Positions 1-15,000 of a stretch of 64,000 nucleotides of DNA are shown piece after piece. The stretch is taken from contig OZ024745.1 of NCBI GenBank assembly GCA_964016885.1, forward strand, positions 11,842,001 to 11,906,000, in the 5' to 3' direction. The translations under genes and the position numbers were made by a program. Position 1 is the first letter of the stretch. Every line of letters begins with the position of its first letter. The notes beneath the pieces were generated by a model that was given only the letters and a program-made list of their open reading frames with translations, was not told where the DNA came from and did not search any database. Source of the stretch: Eledone cirrhosa (lineage: Eukaryota).

Positions 1-3000
1 AAGGACGGTAGAGGAAGATACAGAGAGGATTTATATTACATTGAGGACGGTAGAGGAAGATACAGTGAGGATTTATATTACATAGAGGACGGTAGAGAAA
101 GATATAGAGAAGATTTATATTACATTCAGGACGGTAGAGGAAGATATAGAGAAGATTTATATTACATTGAGGACGGTAGAGGAAGATACAGAGAAGATTT
201 ATATTACATTGAGGACGGTAGAGGAAGATATAGAGAAGATTTATATTACATTCAGGACGGTAGAGGAAGGTACAGAGAAGATTTATATTACATTGAGGAC
301 GGTAGAGGAAGGTACAGAGAAGATTTATATTACATTGAGGACGGTAGAGGAAGATATAGAGAAGATTTATATTACATTGATGACGGTAGAGGAAGGTACA
401 GAGAAGATTTATATTACATTGAGGACGGTAGAGGAAGGTACAGAGAAGATTTATATTACATTGAGGACGGTAGAGGAAGATACAGTGAGGATTTATATTA
501 CATTGAGGGCGGTAGAGGAAGATACAGTGAGGATTTATATTACATTGAGGGCGGTAGAGGAAGGTACATTGAGGATTTATATTACATTGAGGAGGGCAGA
601 GGAAGGTACAGAGAAGATTTATATTACATTGAGGACGGTAGAGGAAGGTACAGAGAAGATTTATATTACATTGAGGACGGTAGAGGAAGATATAGAGAAG
701 ATTTATATTACATTGAGGACGGCAGAGGAAGATACAGAGAGGATTTATATTACATTGAGGACAGCAGAGGAAGATACAGTGAGTATTTATATTACATTGA
801 GGACGGCAGAGGAAGATATAGTGAAGATTTATATTACATTGAGGAAGGTAGAGGAAGGTACAGAGAAGATTTATATTACATTGAGGACGGTAGAGGAAGA
901 TACAGAGAGGATTTATATTACATTGAGGACGGTAGAGGAAGATACAGAGAGGATTTATATTACATTGAGGACGGTAGAGGAAGATACAGAGAGGATTTAT
1001 ATTATATTGAGTACAGTAGAGGAAGATACAGAGAGGATTTATATTACATTGAGGACGGTAGAGGAAGATACAGAGAAGATTTATATTACATTGAGGACGG
1101 TAGAGGAAGATACAGAGAAGATTTATATTACATTGAGGGCGGTAGAGGAAGATACAGAGAGGATTTATATTACATTGAGGGCGGTAGAGGAAGATACAGT
1201 GAGGATTTATATTACATTGAGGGCGGTAGAGGAAGGTACATTGAGGATTTATATTACATTGAGGAGGGCAGAGGAAGGTACAGAGAAGATTTATATTACA
1301 TTGAGGACGGTAGAGGAAGGTACAGAGAAGATTTATATTACATTGAGGACGGTAGAGGAAGATATAGAGAAGATTTATATTACATTGAGGACGGTAGAGG
1401 AAGGTACATTGAGGATTTATATTACATTGAGGACGGTAGAGGAAGGTACAGAGAAGATTTATATTACATTGAGGACGGTAGAGGAAGATACAGAGAAGAT
1501 TTATATTACATTGAGGGCGGTAGAGGAAGATATAGAGAGATTTATATTACATTGAGGACGGTAGAGGAAGGTACAGAGAAGATTTATATTACATTGACGA
1601 CGGTAGAGGAAGATACAGAGAAGATTTATATTACATTGAGGACGGTAGAGGAAGATATAGAGAGATTTATATTACATTGAGGACGGTAGAAGAAGGTACA
1701 GAGAGGATTTATATTACATTGAGGACGGTAGAGGAAGGTACTGAGAAGATTTATATTACCTTGAGGACGGTAGAGGAAGGTACAGAGAAGATTTATATTA
1801 CATTGAGGACGGTAGAAGAAAGTACAGAGAAGATTTATATTACATTGAGGACGGTAGAGGAAGATACAGTGAGGATTTATATTACATTGAGGACGGTAGA
1901 GGAAGGTACAGAGAGGATTTATATTACATTGGGGACGGTAGAGGAAGGTACAGAGAGGATTTATATTACATTGAGGGCGGTAGAGGAAGGTACAGAGAAG
2001 GTTTATATTACATTGAGAGCGGTAGAGGTAGATACAGAGAAGATTTATATTACATTGAGGACGGTAGAGGAAGGTACAGAGAAGATTTATATTACATTGA
2101 GGACGGTAGAGGAAGATACAGAGAAGATTTATTTTACATTGATGACGGTAGAGGAAGATACAGAGAAGATTTATATTACATTGAGGAGGGTAGAGGAAGG
2201 TACAGAGAAGATTTATATTACATTGAGGACGGTAGAGGAAGGTACAGAGAAGATTTATATTACATTGAGGACGGTAGAGGAAGATACAGAGAAGATTTAT
2301 ATTACATTGAGGGCGGTAGAGGAAGGTACATTGAGGATTTATATTACATTGAGGACGGTAGAGGAAGGTACAGAGAAGATTTATATTACATTGAGGACGG
2401 TAGAGGAAGGTACTGAGAAGATTTATATTACCTTGAGGACGGTAGAGGAAGGTACAGAGAAGATTTATATTACATTGAGGACGGTAGAGGAAGATATAGA
2501 GAGATTTATATTACATTGAGGACGGTAGAGGAAGGTACTGAGAAGATTTATATTACCTTGAGGAGGGTAGAGGAAGGTACAGAGAAGATTTATATTACAT
2601 TGAGGACGGTAGAGGAAGGTACAGAGAAGATTTATATTACATTGAGAACGGTAGAGGAAGATACAGAGAGGATTTATATTACATTGAGGACGGTAGAGGA
2701 AGATACAGAGAGGATTTATATTACATTGAGGACGGTAGAGGAAGATACAGAGAGGATTTATATTATATTGAGTACAGTAGAGGAAGATACAGAGAGGATT
2801 TATATTTCATTGAGGACGGTAGAGGAAGATACAGTGAGGATTTATATTACATTGAGGACGGTAGAGGAAGGTACAGAGAGGACTTATATTACATTGAGGA
2901 CGGTAGAGGAAGGTACAGAGAGGATTTATATTACATTGAGGGCGGTAGAGGAAGGTACAGAGAAGATTTATATTACATTGAGGACGGTAGAGGAAGATAC

Positions 3001-6000
3001 AGAGAAGATTTATATTACATTGAGGACGGTAGAGGAAGGTACGGAGAAGATTTATATTACATTGAGGACGGTAGAGGAACATACAGAGAAGATTTATATT
3101 ACATTGAGGACGGTAAAGTTAGATATAGTGAAGATTTATATTACATTGAGGGCGGTAGAGGAAGATACATTGAGCATTTATATTACATTGAGGACGGTAG
3201 AGGAAGGTACAGAGAAGATTTATATTACCTTGAGGACGGTAGAGGAAGGTACAGAGAAGATTTATATTACATTGAGGACGGTAGAAGAATGTACAGAGAA
3301 GATTTATATTACATTGAGGACGGTTGAGGAAGGTACAGAGAAGATTTATATTACATTGAGGACGGTAGAGGAGGATAAAGAGAGGATTTATATTACATTG
3401 AGGACGGTAGAGGAAGATACAGAGAGGATTTATATTACATTGAGGACGGTAGAGGAAGGTACAGAGAACAGTTATATTACATTTAGGACAGTAGAGGAAG
3501 ATATAGAGAAGATTTATATTACATTGAGGAAGGTAGAGGAAGGTACAGAGAGGATTTATATTACATTGAGGGCGGTAGAGGAAGGTACAGAGAAGATTTA
3601 TATTACATTGAAGACGGTAGAGGAAGGTACAGAGAGGATTTATATTATATTGAGTACAGTAGAGGAAGATACAGAGAGGATTTATATTACATTGAGGACG
3701 GTAGAGGAAGGTACAGAGAGGATTTATATTACATTGAGGGCGATAGAGGAAGATAAATTGAGGATTTATATTACATTGAGGACGGTAGAGGAAGGTACAG
3801 AGAGGATTTATATTACATTGAGGACGGTAGAGGAAGGTACAGAGAGGATTTATATTACATTGAGGGCGGTAGAGGAAGGTACAGAGAAGATTTATATTAC
3901 ATTGAGGACGGTAGAGGAAGGTACAGAGAAGATTTATATTACATTGAGGACGGTAGAGAAAGTTACAGTCAGGATTTCTATTACATTGAGGACGGTAGAG
4001 GTAGATACAGAGAAGATTTATATTACATTGAGGACGGTAGAGGAAGTTACAGAGAAGATTTATATTACATTGAAGACGGTAGAGGATGGTACAGAGAAGA
4101 TTTATATTACATTGAGGACGGTATAGGAAGATATAGAGAAGATTTATATTACATTGAGGACGGTAGAGGAAGGTAGAGAGAAGATTTATATTACATTGAG
4201 GACGGTAGAGGAAGATACAGAGAAGATTTATATTACATTGAGGACGGTAGAGGAAGGTACAGAGACGACTTATATTACATTGAGGACGGTAGAGGAATGT
4301 AGAGAGAAGAGTTATATTACAATGAGGACGGTAGAGGAAGGTACAGAGAAGATTTATATTACATTGAGGACGGTAGAGGAAGATACAGTCAGGATTTCTA
4401 TTACATTGAGGACGCTAGAGGTAGATACAGAGAAGATTTATATTACATTGAGGACGGTAGAGGAAGATACAGAGAAGATTTATATTACATTGAAGACGGT
4501 AGAGGAAGGTACAGAGAAGATTTATATTACATTGAGGAGGGTAGAGGAAGATATAGAGAAAATTTATATTACATTGAGGACGGTAGAGGAAGGTACAGAG
4601 AAGATTTATATTACATTGAGGACGGTAGAGGAAGGTACAGGGAAGATTTATATTACATTGAGGACGGTAGAGGAAGGTACAGAGAAGATTTATATTACAT
4701 TGAGGACGGTAGAGGAAGATACAGAGAAGATTTATATTACACTGAGGACGGTAGAGGAAGGTACAGTGAGGATTTATATTACATTGAGGACGGTAGAGGA
4801 AGGTACAGTGAGGATTTATATTACATTGAGAACGGTAGAGGAAGGTACAGAGAAGATTTATATAACATTGAAGACGGTAGAGGAAGGTACAGTGAGGATT
4901 TATATTACATTGAGGACGGTAGAGGAAGGTACAGAGAAGATTTATATTACATTGAGGACGGTAGAGGAAGGTACTGAGAAGATTTATATTACCTTGAGGA
5001 CGGTAGAGGAAGGTACAGAGAAGATTTATATTACATTGAGGACGGTAGAGGAAGATATAGAGAGATATATATTACTTTGAGGACGGTAGAAGAAGGTACA
5101 GAGAGGATTTATATTACATTGAGGACGGTAGAGGAAGGTACTGAGAAGATTTATATTACCTTGAGGAGGGTAGAGGAAGGTACAGAGAAGATTTATATTA
5201 CATTGAGGACGTTAGAAGAAGGTACAGAGAAGATTTATATTACATTGAGGACGGTAGAGGAAGGTACAGAGAAGATTTATATTACATTGAGAACGGTAGA
5301 GGAAGATACAGAGAGGATTTATATTACATTGAGGACGGTAGAGGAAGATACAGAGAGGATTTATATTACATTGAGGACGGTAGAGGAAGATACAGAGAAG
5401 ATTTATATTACATTGAGGACGGTAGAGGAAGGTACAGAGAGATTTATATTACATTGAGGACGGTAGAGGAATATACAGAGAAGATTTATATTACATTGAG
5501 GACGGTAAAGGAAGATATAGTGAAGATTTATATTACATTGAGGGCGGTAGAGGAAGATACATTGAGCATTTATATTACATTGAGGACGGTAGAGGAAGGT
5601 ACAGAGAAGATTTATATTACCTTGAGGACGGTAGAGGAAGGTACAGAGAAGATTTATATTACATTGAGGACGGTAGAAGAATGTACAGAGAAGATTTATG
5701 TTACATTGAGGACGGTAGAGGAAGGTACAGAGAAGATTTATATTACATTGAGGACGGTAGAGGAAGATACAGAGAGGATTTATATTACATTGAGGACGGT
5801 AGAGGAAGATACAGAGAGGATTTATATTACATTGAGGACGGTAGAGGAAGGTACAGAGAAGATTTATATTACATTGAGGACGGTAGAGGAATATACAGAG
5901 AGGATTTATATTATATTGAGTACAGTAGAGGAAGATACAGAGAGGATTTATATTACATTGAGGACGGTAGAGGAAGGTACAGAGAGGATTTATATTACAT

Positions 6001-9000
6001 TGAGGGCGGTAGAGGAAGATAAATTGAGGATTTATATTACATTGAGGACGGTAGAGGAAGGTACAGAGAGGATTTATATTACATTGAGGACGGTAGAGGA
6101 AGGTACAGAGAGGATTTATATTACATTGAGGGCGGTAGAGGAAGGTACAGAGAAGATTTATATTACATTGAGGACGGTAGAGGAAGATACAGAGAAGATT
6201 TATATTACATTGAGGTGGTAGAGGAAGGTACAGAGAAGATTTATATTACATTGAGGACGGTAGAGGAAGGTACAGAGAAGATTTATATTACATTGAGGAC
6301 GGTAGAGAAAGATACAGTCAGGATTTCTATTACATTGAGGACGGTAGAGGTAGATACAGAGAAGATTTATATTACATTGAGGACGGTAGAGGAAGATACA
6401 GAGAAAATTTATATTACATTGAAGACGGTAGAGGAAGGTACAGAGAAGATTTATATTACATTGAGGACGGTAGAGGAAGATATAGAGAAGATTTATATTA
6501 CATTGAGGACGGTAGAGGAAGGTAGAGAGAAGATTTATATTACATTGAGGACGGTAGAGGAAGATACAGAGAAGATTTATATTACATTGAGGACGGTAGA
6601 GGAAGGTACAGAGACGACTTATATTACATTGAGGACGGTAGAGGAAGGTAGAGAGAAGAGTTATATTACATTGAGGACGGTAGAGGAAGGTACAGAGAAG
6701 ATTTATATTACATTGAGGACGGTAGAGGAAGATACAGTCAGGATTTCTATTACATTGAGGACGGTAGAGGTAGATACAGAGAAGATTCATATTACATTGA
6801 GGACGGTAGAGGAAGATACAGAGAAGATTTATATTACATTGAAGACGGTAGAGGAAGGTACAGAGAAGATTTATATTACATCGAGGAGGGTAGAGGAAGA
6901 TATAGAGAAAATTTATATTACATTGAGGACGGTAGAGGAAGGTACAGAGAAGATTTATATTACATTGAGGACGGTAGAGGAAGGTACAGAGAAGATTTAT
7001 ATTACATTGAGGACGGTAGAGGAAGGTACAGAGAAGATTTATATTACATTGAGGACGGTAGAGGAAGATACAGAGAAGATTTATATTACACTGAGGACGG
7101 TAGAGGAGGTACAGTGAGGATTTATATTACATTGAGGACGGTAGAGGAAGGTACAGTGAGGATTTATATTACATTGAGGACGGTAGAGGAAGGTACAGAG
7201 AAGATTTATATTACATTGAGGACGGTAGAGGAAGGTACAGTGAGGATTTATATTACATTGAGGACGGTAGAGGAAGATACAGAGAAGATTTATATTACAT
7301 TGAGGACGGTAGAGGAAGATACATTGAGGATTTATATTACATTGAGGACGGTAGAGGAAGGTACAGAGAGGATTTATATTACATTGAGGACGGTCGAGGA
7401 AGGTACAGAGAGGATTTATATTACATTGAGGACGGTAGAGCAAGATACAGAGAAGATTTATATTACATTGAGGACGGTAGAGGAAGGTCCATTGAGGATT
7501 TATATTACATTGAGGACGGTAGAGGAAGGTAGAGAGAGGATTTATATTACATTGAGGACGGTAGAGGAAGGTACAGAGAAGATTTATATTACATTGAGGA
7601 CGGTAGAGGAAGATACAGTGAGGATTTATATTACATTGAGGACGGTAGAGGAAGATACAGAGAAGATTTATATTACATTGAGGACGGTAGAGGAAGATAC
7701 AGTGAGGATTTATATTACATTGAGGACGGTAGAGGAAGATACAGAGAAGATTTATATTACATTGAGGACGGTAGAGGAAGATACGGAGAAGATTTATGTT
7801 ACATTGAGGACAGTAGAGGAAGATATAGTGGAGATTTATATTACATTGAGGACGGTAGAGGAAGATACAGAGAGGATTTATATTACATTGAGGGCGGTAG
7901 AGGAAGATACAGAGAAGATTTATATTACATTGAGGACGGTAGAGCAAGATACAGTGAGGATTTATATTACATTGAGGACGGTAGAGGAAGATACAGAGAA
8001 GATTTATTTTACATTGATGACGGTAGAGGAAGGTACAGAGAAGATTTATATTACATTGAGGACGGTAGAGGAAGATAGAGAGAAGATTTATATTACATTG
8101 AGGACGGTAGAGGAAGATACAGTGAGGATTTATTTTACATTGAGGACGGTAGAGGAAGATACAGAGAATATTTATATTACATTGAGTACGGTAGAGGAAG
8201 ATACAGAGAAGATTTATTTTACATTGAGGACGGTAGAGGAATATACCGTGAGGATTTATATTACATTGAGGACGGTAGAGGAAGATACAGAGAAGATTCA
8301 TATCACACTGAGGACGGTAGAAGAATGTACAGAGAAGATTTATATTACATTGAGGACGGTAGAGGAAGATACAGAGAAGATTTATATTACATTGAGGACG
8401 ATAGAGCAAGATACGTTGAGGATTTATATTACATTGAGGACAGTGGATGAAGATACAGAGAAGATTTATATTACACTGAGGACGGTAGAGGAAGGTACAG
8501 TGAGGATTTATATTACATTGAGGACGGTAGAGGAAGGTACAGAGAAGATTTATATTACATTGAGGACGGTAGAGGAAGGTACAGAGAAGATTTATATTAC
8601 ATTAAGGACGGTAGAGGAAGGTACAGTGAGGATTTATATTACATTGAGGACGGTAGAGGAAGATACATTGAGGATTTATATTACATTGAGGACGATAGAG
8701 GAAGGTACAGAGAGGATTTATATTACATTGAGGACGGTAGAGGAAGATACAGAGAAGATTTATATTACATTGAGGATGGTGGAGGAAGATACAGAGAGGA
8801 ATTATATTACATTGAGGACGGTAGAGGAAGATACAGAGAAGATTTATATTACATTGAGGAGGGTAGAGGAAGATACATTGAGGATTTATATTACATTGAG
8901 GACGGTAGAGGAAGATACAGAGAAGATTTATATTACATTGAGGACGGTAGAGGAAAATACAGAGAAGATTTATATTACATTGAGGACGGTAGAGGAAGAT

Positions 9001-12000
9001 ACAGAGAAGATTTATATTACATTGAGGACGGTAGAGGAAGATACAGTGAGGATTTATATCACATTGAGGACGGTAGAGGAAGATACAGAGAAGATTTATA
9101 TTACATTGAGTACGGTAGTGGAAGATACAGAGAATATTTATATTACATTGATGACGGTAGAGGAAGGTACAAGAAGATTTATATTACATTGAGGAGGGTA
9201 GAGGAAGATATAGAGAAGATTTATATTACATTGAGGACGGTAGAGGAAGGTACAGAGAAGATATATATTACATTGAGGACTGTAGAGGAAGGTACAGAGA
9301 AGATTTATATTACATCGAGGGCGGTAGAGGAAGATACAGAGAGGATTTATATTACATTGTGGACGGTAGAGGAAGATACAGTGAGGATTGGTATTACATT
9401 GAGGTCGGTAGAGGAAGATACAGTGAGGATTTATATTACATTGAGGACGGTAGAGGAAGGTACAGTGAGGATTTATATTACATTGAGGGCGGTAGAGGAA
9501 GATACAGAGAGGATTTATATTACATTGAGGACGGTAGTGGAAGATACAGAGAGGATCTATATTACATTGAGGACGGTAGAGGAAGATACAGTGAGGATTT
9601 ATATTACATTGAGGACGGTAGAGGAAGGTACAGTGAGGATTTATATTACATTGAGGACGGTAGATGAAGATACAGAGAAGATTTATATTACATTGAGGAC
9701 GGTAGAGGCAGGTACAGAGAGGATTTATATTACATTAAGGACGGTAGAGGAAGATACAGAGAAGATTTATATTACATTGAGGGCGGTAGAGGAAGATACA
9801 GAGAGGATTTATATTACATTGAGGACGGTAGAGGAAGATACAGTGAGGATTTATATTACATTGAGGACGGTAGAGGAAGGTACAGTGAGCATTTATATTA
9901 CATTGAGGACGGTAGAGGAAGATACAGAGAAGATTGATATTACATTGAGGACGGTAGAAGAATGTACAGAGAAGATTTATATTACATTGAGGACGGTAGA
10001 GGAAGATACAGAGAAGATTTACATTACATTGAGGACGGTAGAAGAATGTACAGAGAAGATTTATATTACATTGAGGACGGTAGAGGAAGATACAGAGAGG
10101 ATTTATATTACATTGAGGACGGTAGTGGAAGATACAGAGAGGATTTATATTACATTGAGGACGGTAGAGGAAGATTCAGAGAAGATTTATATTACATTGA
10201 GGACGGTAGAGGAAGACACAGTGAGGATTTATATTACATTGAGGACGGTAGAGGAAGGTACAGTGAGGATTTATATTACATTGAGGACGGTAGAGGAAGG
10301 TACAGAGAAGATTTATATTACATTGAGGACTGTAGAGGAAGATACAGAGAAGATTTATATTACATTGAGGACGGTAGAGGAAGATACATTGAGGATTTAT
10401 ATTACATTGAGGACGGTAGCGGAAGATATAGAGAAGATTTATTTTACATTGAGGACGGTAGAGGAAGATACAGAGAAGATTTATATTACATTGATGACGG
10501 TAGAGGAAGATACAGAGAGGATTTATATTACATTGAGGACGGTAGAGGAAGATACAGAGAAGATTTATATTACATTGAGGACGGTAGAGGAAGATACAGA
10601 GAAGATTTATTTTACATTGAGGACGGTAGAGGAAGGTACAGAGAAGATTTATATTACATTGAGGGCGGTAGAGGAAGATACAGAGAGGATTTATATTACA
10701 TTGAGGACGGTAGAGGAAGATACTGTGAGGATTTATATTACATTGAGGGCGGTAGAGGAAGATACAGAGAGGATTTATATTACATTGATGACGGTAGAGG
10801 AAGGTACAGAGAAGATTTATATTACATTGAGGGCGGTAGAGGAAGATACATTGAGGATTTATATTACATTGAGGACGGTAGAGAAAGATACAGTCAGGAT
10901 TTATATTACATTGAGGACGGTAGAGGAAGATACAGTGAGGATTTATATTACATTGGGGACTTTAGAGGAAGATACAGAGAAGATTTATATTACATTGATG
11001 ACGGTAGAAGAAGATATATAGAAGATTTAAATTACATTGAGGACGGTAGAGGAAGGTACAGAGAAGATTTATATTACATTGAGGAGGGTAGAGGAAGATA
11101 CAGAGAAGATTTATATTACATTGAGGACGGTAGAGGAAGATACAGAGAAGATTTATATTACATTGAGGGCGGTAGAGGAAGGTACAGAGAGGATTTATAT
11201 TACATTGAGGACGGTAGAGGAAGATACAGAGAAGATTTATATTACATTGAGGATGGTGGAGGAAGATACAGAGAGGAATTATATTACATTGAGGACGGTA
11301 GAGGAAGATACAGAGAAGATTTATATTACATTGAGGAGGGTAGAGGAAGATACATTGAGGATTTATATTACATTGAGGACGGTAGAGGAAGATACAGAGA
11401 AGATTTATATTACATTGAGGACGGTAGAGGAAAATACAGAGAAGATTTATATTACATTGAGGACGGTAGAGGAAGATGCAGAGAAGATTTATATTACATT
11501 GAGGACGGTAGAGGAAGATACAGTGAGGATTTATATCACATTGAGGACGGTAGAGGAAGATACAGAGAAGATTTATATTACATTGAGTACGGTAGTGGAA
11601 GATACAGAGAAGATTTATATTACATTGATGACGGTAGAGGAAGGTACAAGAAGATTTATATTACATTGAGGAGGGTAGAGGAAGATATAGAGAAGATTTA
11701 TATTACATTGAGGACGGTAGAGGAAGGTACAGAGAAGATATATATTACATTGAGGACTGTAGAGGAAGGTACAGAGAAGATTTATATTACATCGAGGGCG
11801 GTAGAGGAAGATACAGAGAGGATTTATATTACATTGTGGACGGTAGAGGAAGATACAGTGAGGATTGGTATTACATTGAGGTCGGTAGAGGAAGATACAG
11901 TGAGGATTTATATTACATTGAGGACGGTAGAGGAAGGTACAGTGAGGATTTATATTACATTGAGGGCGGTAGAGGAAGATACAGAGAGGATTTATATTAC

Positions 12001-15000
12001 ATTGAGGACGGTAGTGGAAGATACAGAGAGGATCTATATTACATTGAGGACGGTAGAGGAAGATACAGTGAGGATTTATATTACATTGAGGACGGTAGAG
12101 GAAGGTACAGTGAGGATTTATATTACATTGAGGACGGTAGATGAAGATACAGAGAAGATTTATATTACATTGAGGACGGTAGAAGCAGGTACAGAGAGGA
12201 TTTATATTACATTAAGGACGGTAGAGGAAGATACAGAGAAGATTTATATTACATTGAGGGCGGTAGAGGAAGATACAGAGAGGATTTATATTACATTGAG
12301 GACGGTAGTGGAAGATACAGAGAGGATTTATATTACATTGAGGACGGTAGAGGAAGATACAGAGAGGATTTATATTACATTGAGGACGGTAGAGGAAGGT
12401 ACAGTGAGCATTTATATTACATTGAGGACGGTAGAGGAAGATACAGAGAAGATTGATATTACATTGAGGACGGTAGAAGAATGTACAGAGAAGATTTATA
12501 TTACATTGAGGACGGTAGAGGAAGATACAGAGAAGATTTACATTACATTGAGGACGGTAGAAGAATGTACAGAGAAGATTTATATTACATTGAGGACGGT
12601 AGAGGAAGATACAGAGAGGATTTATATTACATTGAGGGCGGTAGAGGAAGATACAGAGAAGATTTATATTACATTGAGGACGGTAGAGCAAGATACAGTG
12701 AGGATTTATATTACATTGAGGACGGTAGAGGAAGATACAGAGAAGATTTATTTTACATTGATGACGGTAGAGGAAGGTACAGAGAAGAATTATATTACAT
12801 TGAGGACGGTAGAGGAAGATAGAGAGAAGATTTATATTACATTGAGGACGGTAGAGGAAGATACAGTTAGGATTTATATTACATTGAGGACGGTAGAGGA
12901 AGGTACAGAGAGGATTTATATTACATTGAGGACGGTAGAGGAAGATACAGAGAATATTTATATTACATTGAGGACGGTAGAGGAAGATACATTGAGGATT
13001 TATATTACATTGAGGACGGTAGAGGAAGATACAGAGAACATTTATATTACATTGAGGATGGTAGAGGAAGATACAGAGAAGATTTATATTACATAGAGGA
13101 CGGTAGAGGAAGATACAGTGAGGATTTATGTTACATTGAGGACGGTAGAGGAAGATACAGAGAAGATTTATATTACATTGAGTACGGTAGAGGAAGATAC
13201 AGAGAAGATTTATATTACGTTGATGACGGTAGAGGAATGTACAAGAAGATTTATATTACATTAAGGAGGGTAGAGGAAGATATAGAGAGATTTATATTAC
13301 ATTGAGGACGGTAGAGGAAGGTACAGAGAGGATTTATATTACATAGAGGACGGTAGAGGAAGATACAGTGAGGATTTATGTTACATTGAGGACGGTAGAG
13401 GAAGATACAGAGAAGATTTATATTACATTGAGTACGGTAGAGGAAGATACAGAGAAGATTTATATTACGTTGATGACGGTAGAGGAATGTACAAGAAGAT
13501 TTATATTACATTAAGGAGGGTAGAGGAAGATATAGAGAGATTTATATTACATTGAGGACGGTAGAGGAAGGTACAGAGAGGATTTATATTACATTGAGGA
13601 CGGTAGAGGAAGATACAGAGAAGATTTATATTACATTGAGGGCGGTAGAGGAAGATACAGAGAGGATTTATATTACATTGAGGACGGTAGAGGAAGGTAC
13701 AGAGAGGATTTATATTACATTGAGGACGGTAGAGGAAGATACAGAGAAGATTTATATTACATTGAGGACGGTAGAGGAAGATACTGTGAGGATTTATATT
13801 ACATTGAGGGCGGTAGAGGAAGATACAGAGAAGATTTATATTACATTGAGGGCGGTAGAGGTAGGTACAGAGAAGATTTATATTACATTGAGGGCGGTAG
13901 AAGAAGATATATAGAAGATTTATATTACATTGAGGACGGTAGAGGAAGGTACAGAGATGATTTATATTACATTGAGGAGGGTAGAGGAAGATACAGAGAA
14001 GATATATATTACATTGAGGAGGGTAGAGGAAGATACAGAGAAGATTTATATTACATTGAGGACGGTAGAGGAAGATGCAGAGAAGATTTATATTACATTG
14101 AGGACGGTAGAGGAAGATACTGTGGGATTTATATTACATTGAGGGCGGTAGAGGAAGATACAGAGAGGATTTATATTACATTGATGACGGTAGAGGAAGG
14201 TACAGAGAAGATTTATATTACATTGAGGACGGTAGAGGAAGGTACAGAGAGGATCTATATTACATTGAGGACGGTAGAGGAAGATACAGAGAAGATTTAT
14301 ATTACATTGAGGGCGGTAGAGGTAGGTACAGAGAAGATTTATATTACATTGAGGGCGGCAGAGGAAGGTACAGAGAGGATTTATATTACATTGAGGACGG
14401 TAGAGGAAGGTACAGAGAAGATTTATATTACATTGACGACGATAGAGGAAGGTACAGAGAAGTTTTATATTACATTGAGGACGGTAGAGGGGGTACAGAG
14501 AAGATTTATATTACATTGAGGACGGTAGAGGAAGGTACAGAGAGGATTTATATTACATTGAGGACGGTAGAGGAAGGTACAGAGCGATTTATATTACATT
14601 GAGGACGGTAGAGGAAGATACAATGAGGATTTATATTACATTGAGGACGGTAGAGGAAGATACAATGAGGATTTATATTACATTGAGGACGGTAGAGGTA
14701 GATACAGTGAGGATTTATATTACATTGAGGACGGTAGAGGAAGGTACAGAGAGGATTTATATTACATTGAGGACGGTAGAGGAAGGTACAGAGAAGATTC
14801 ATATTACATTGAGGACGGTAGAGGAAGATATAGTTGAGATTTATATTACATTGAGGACGGTAGAGGAAGATACAGAGAGGATTTATATTACATTGAGGGC
14901 GGTAGAGGAAGATACAGAGAAGATTTATATTACATTGAGGACGGTAGAGGAAGATACAGAGAAGATTTATTTTACATTGATGACGGTAGAGGAAGGTACA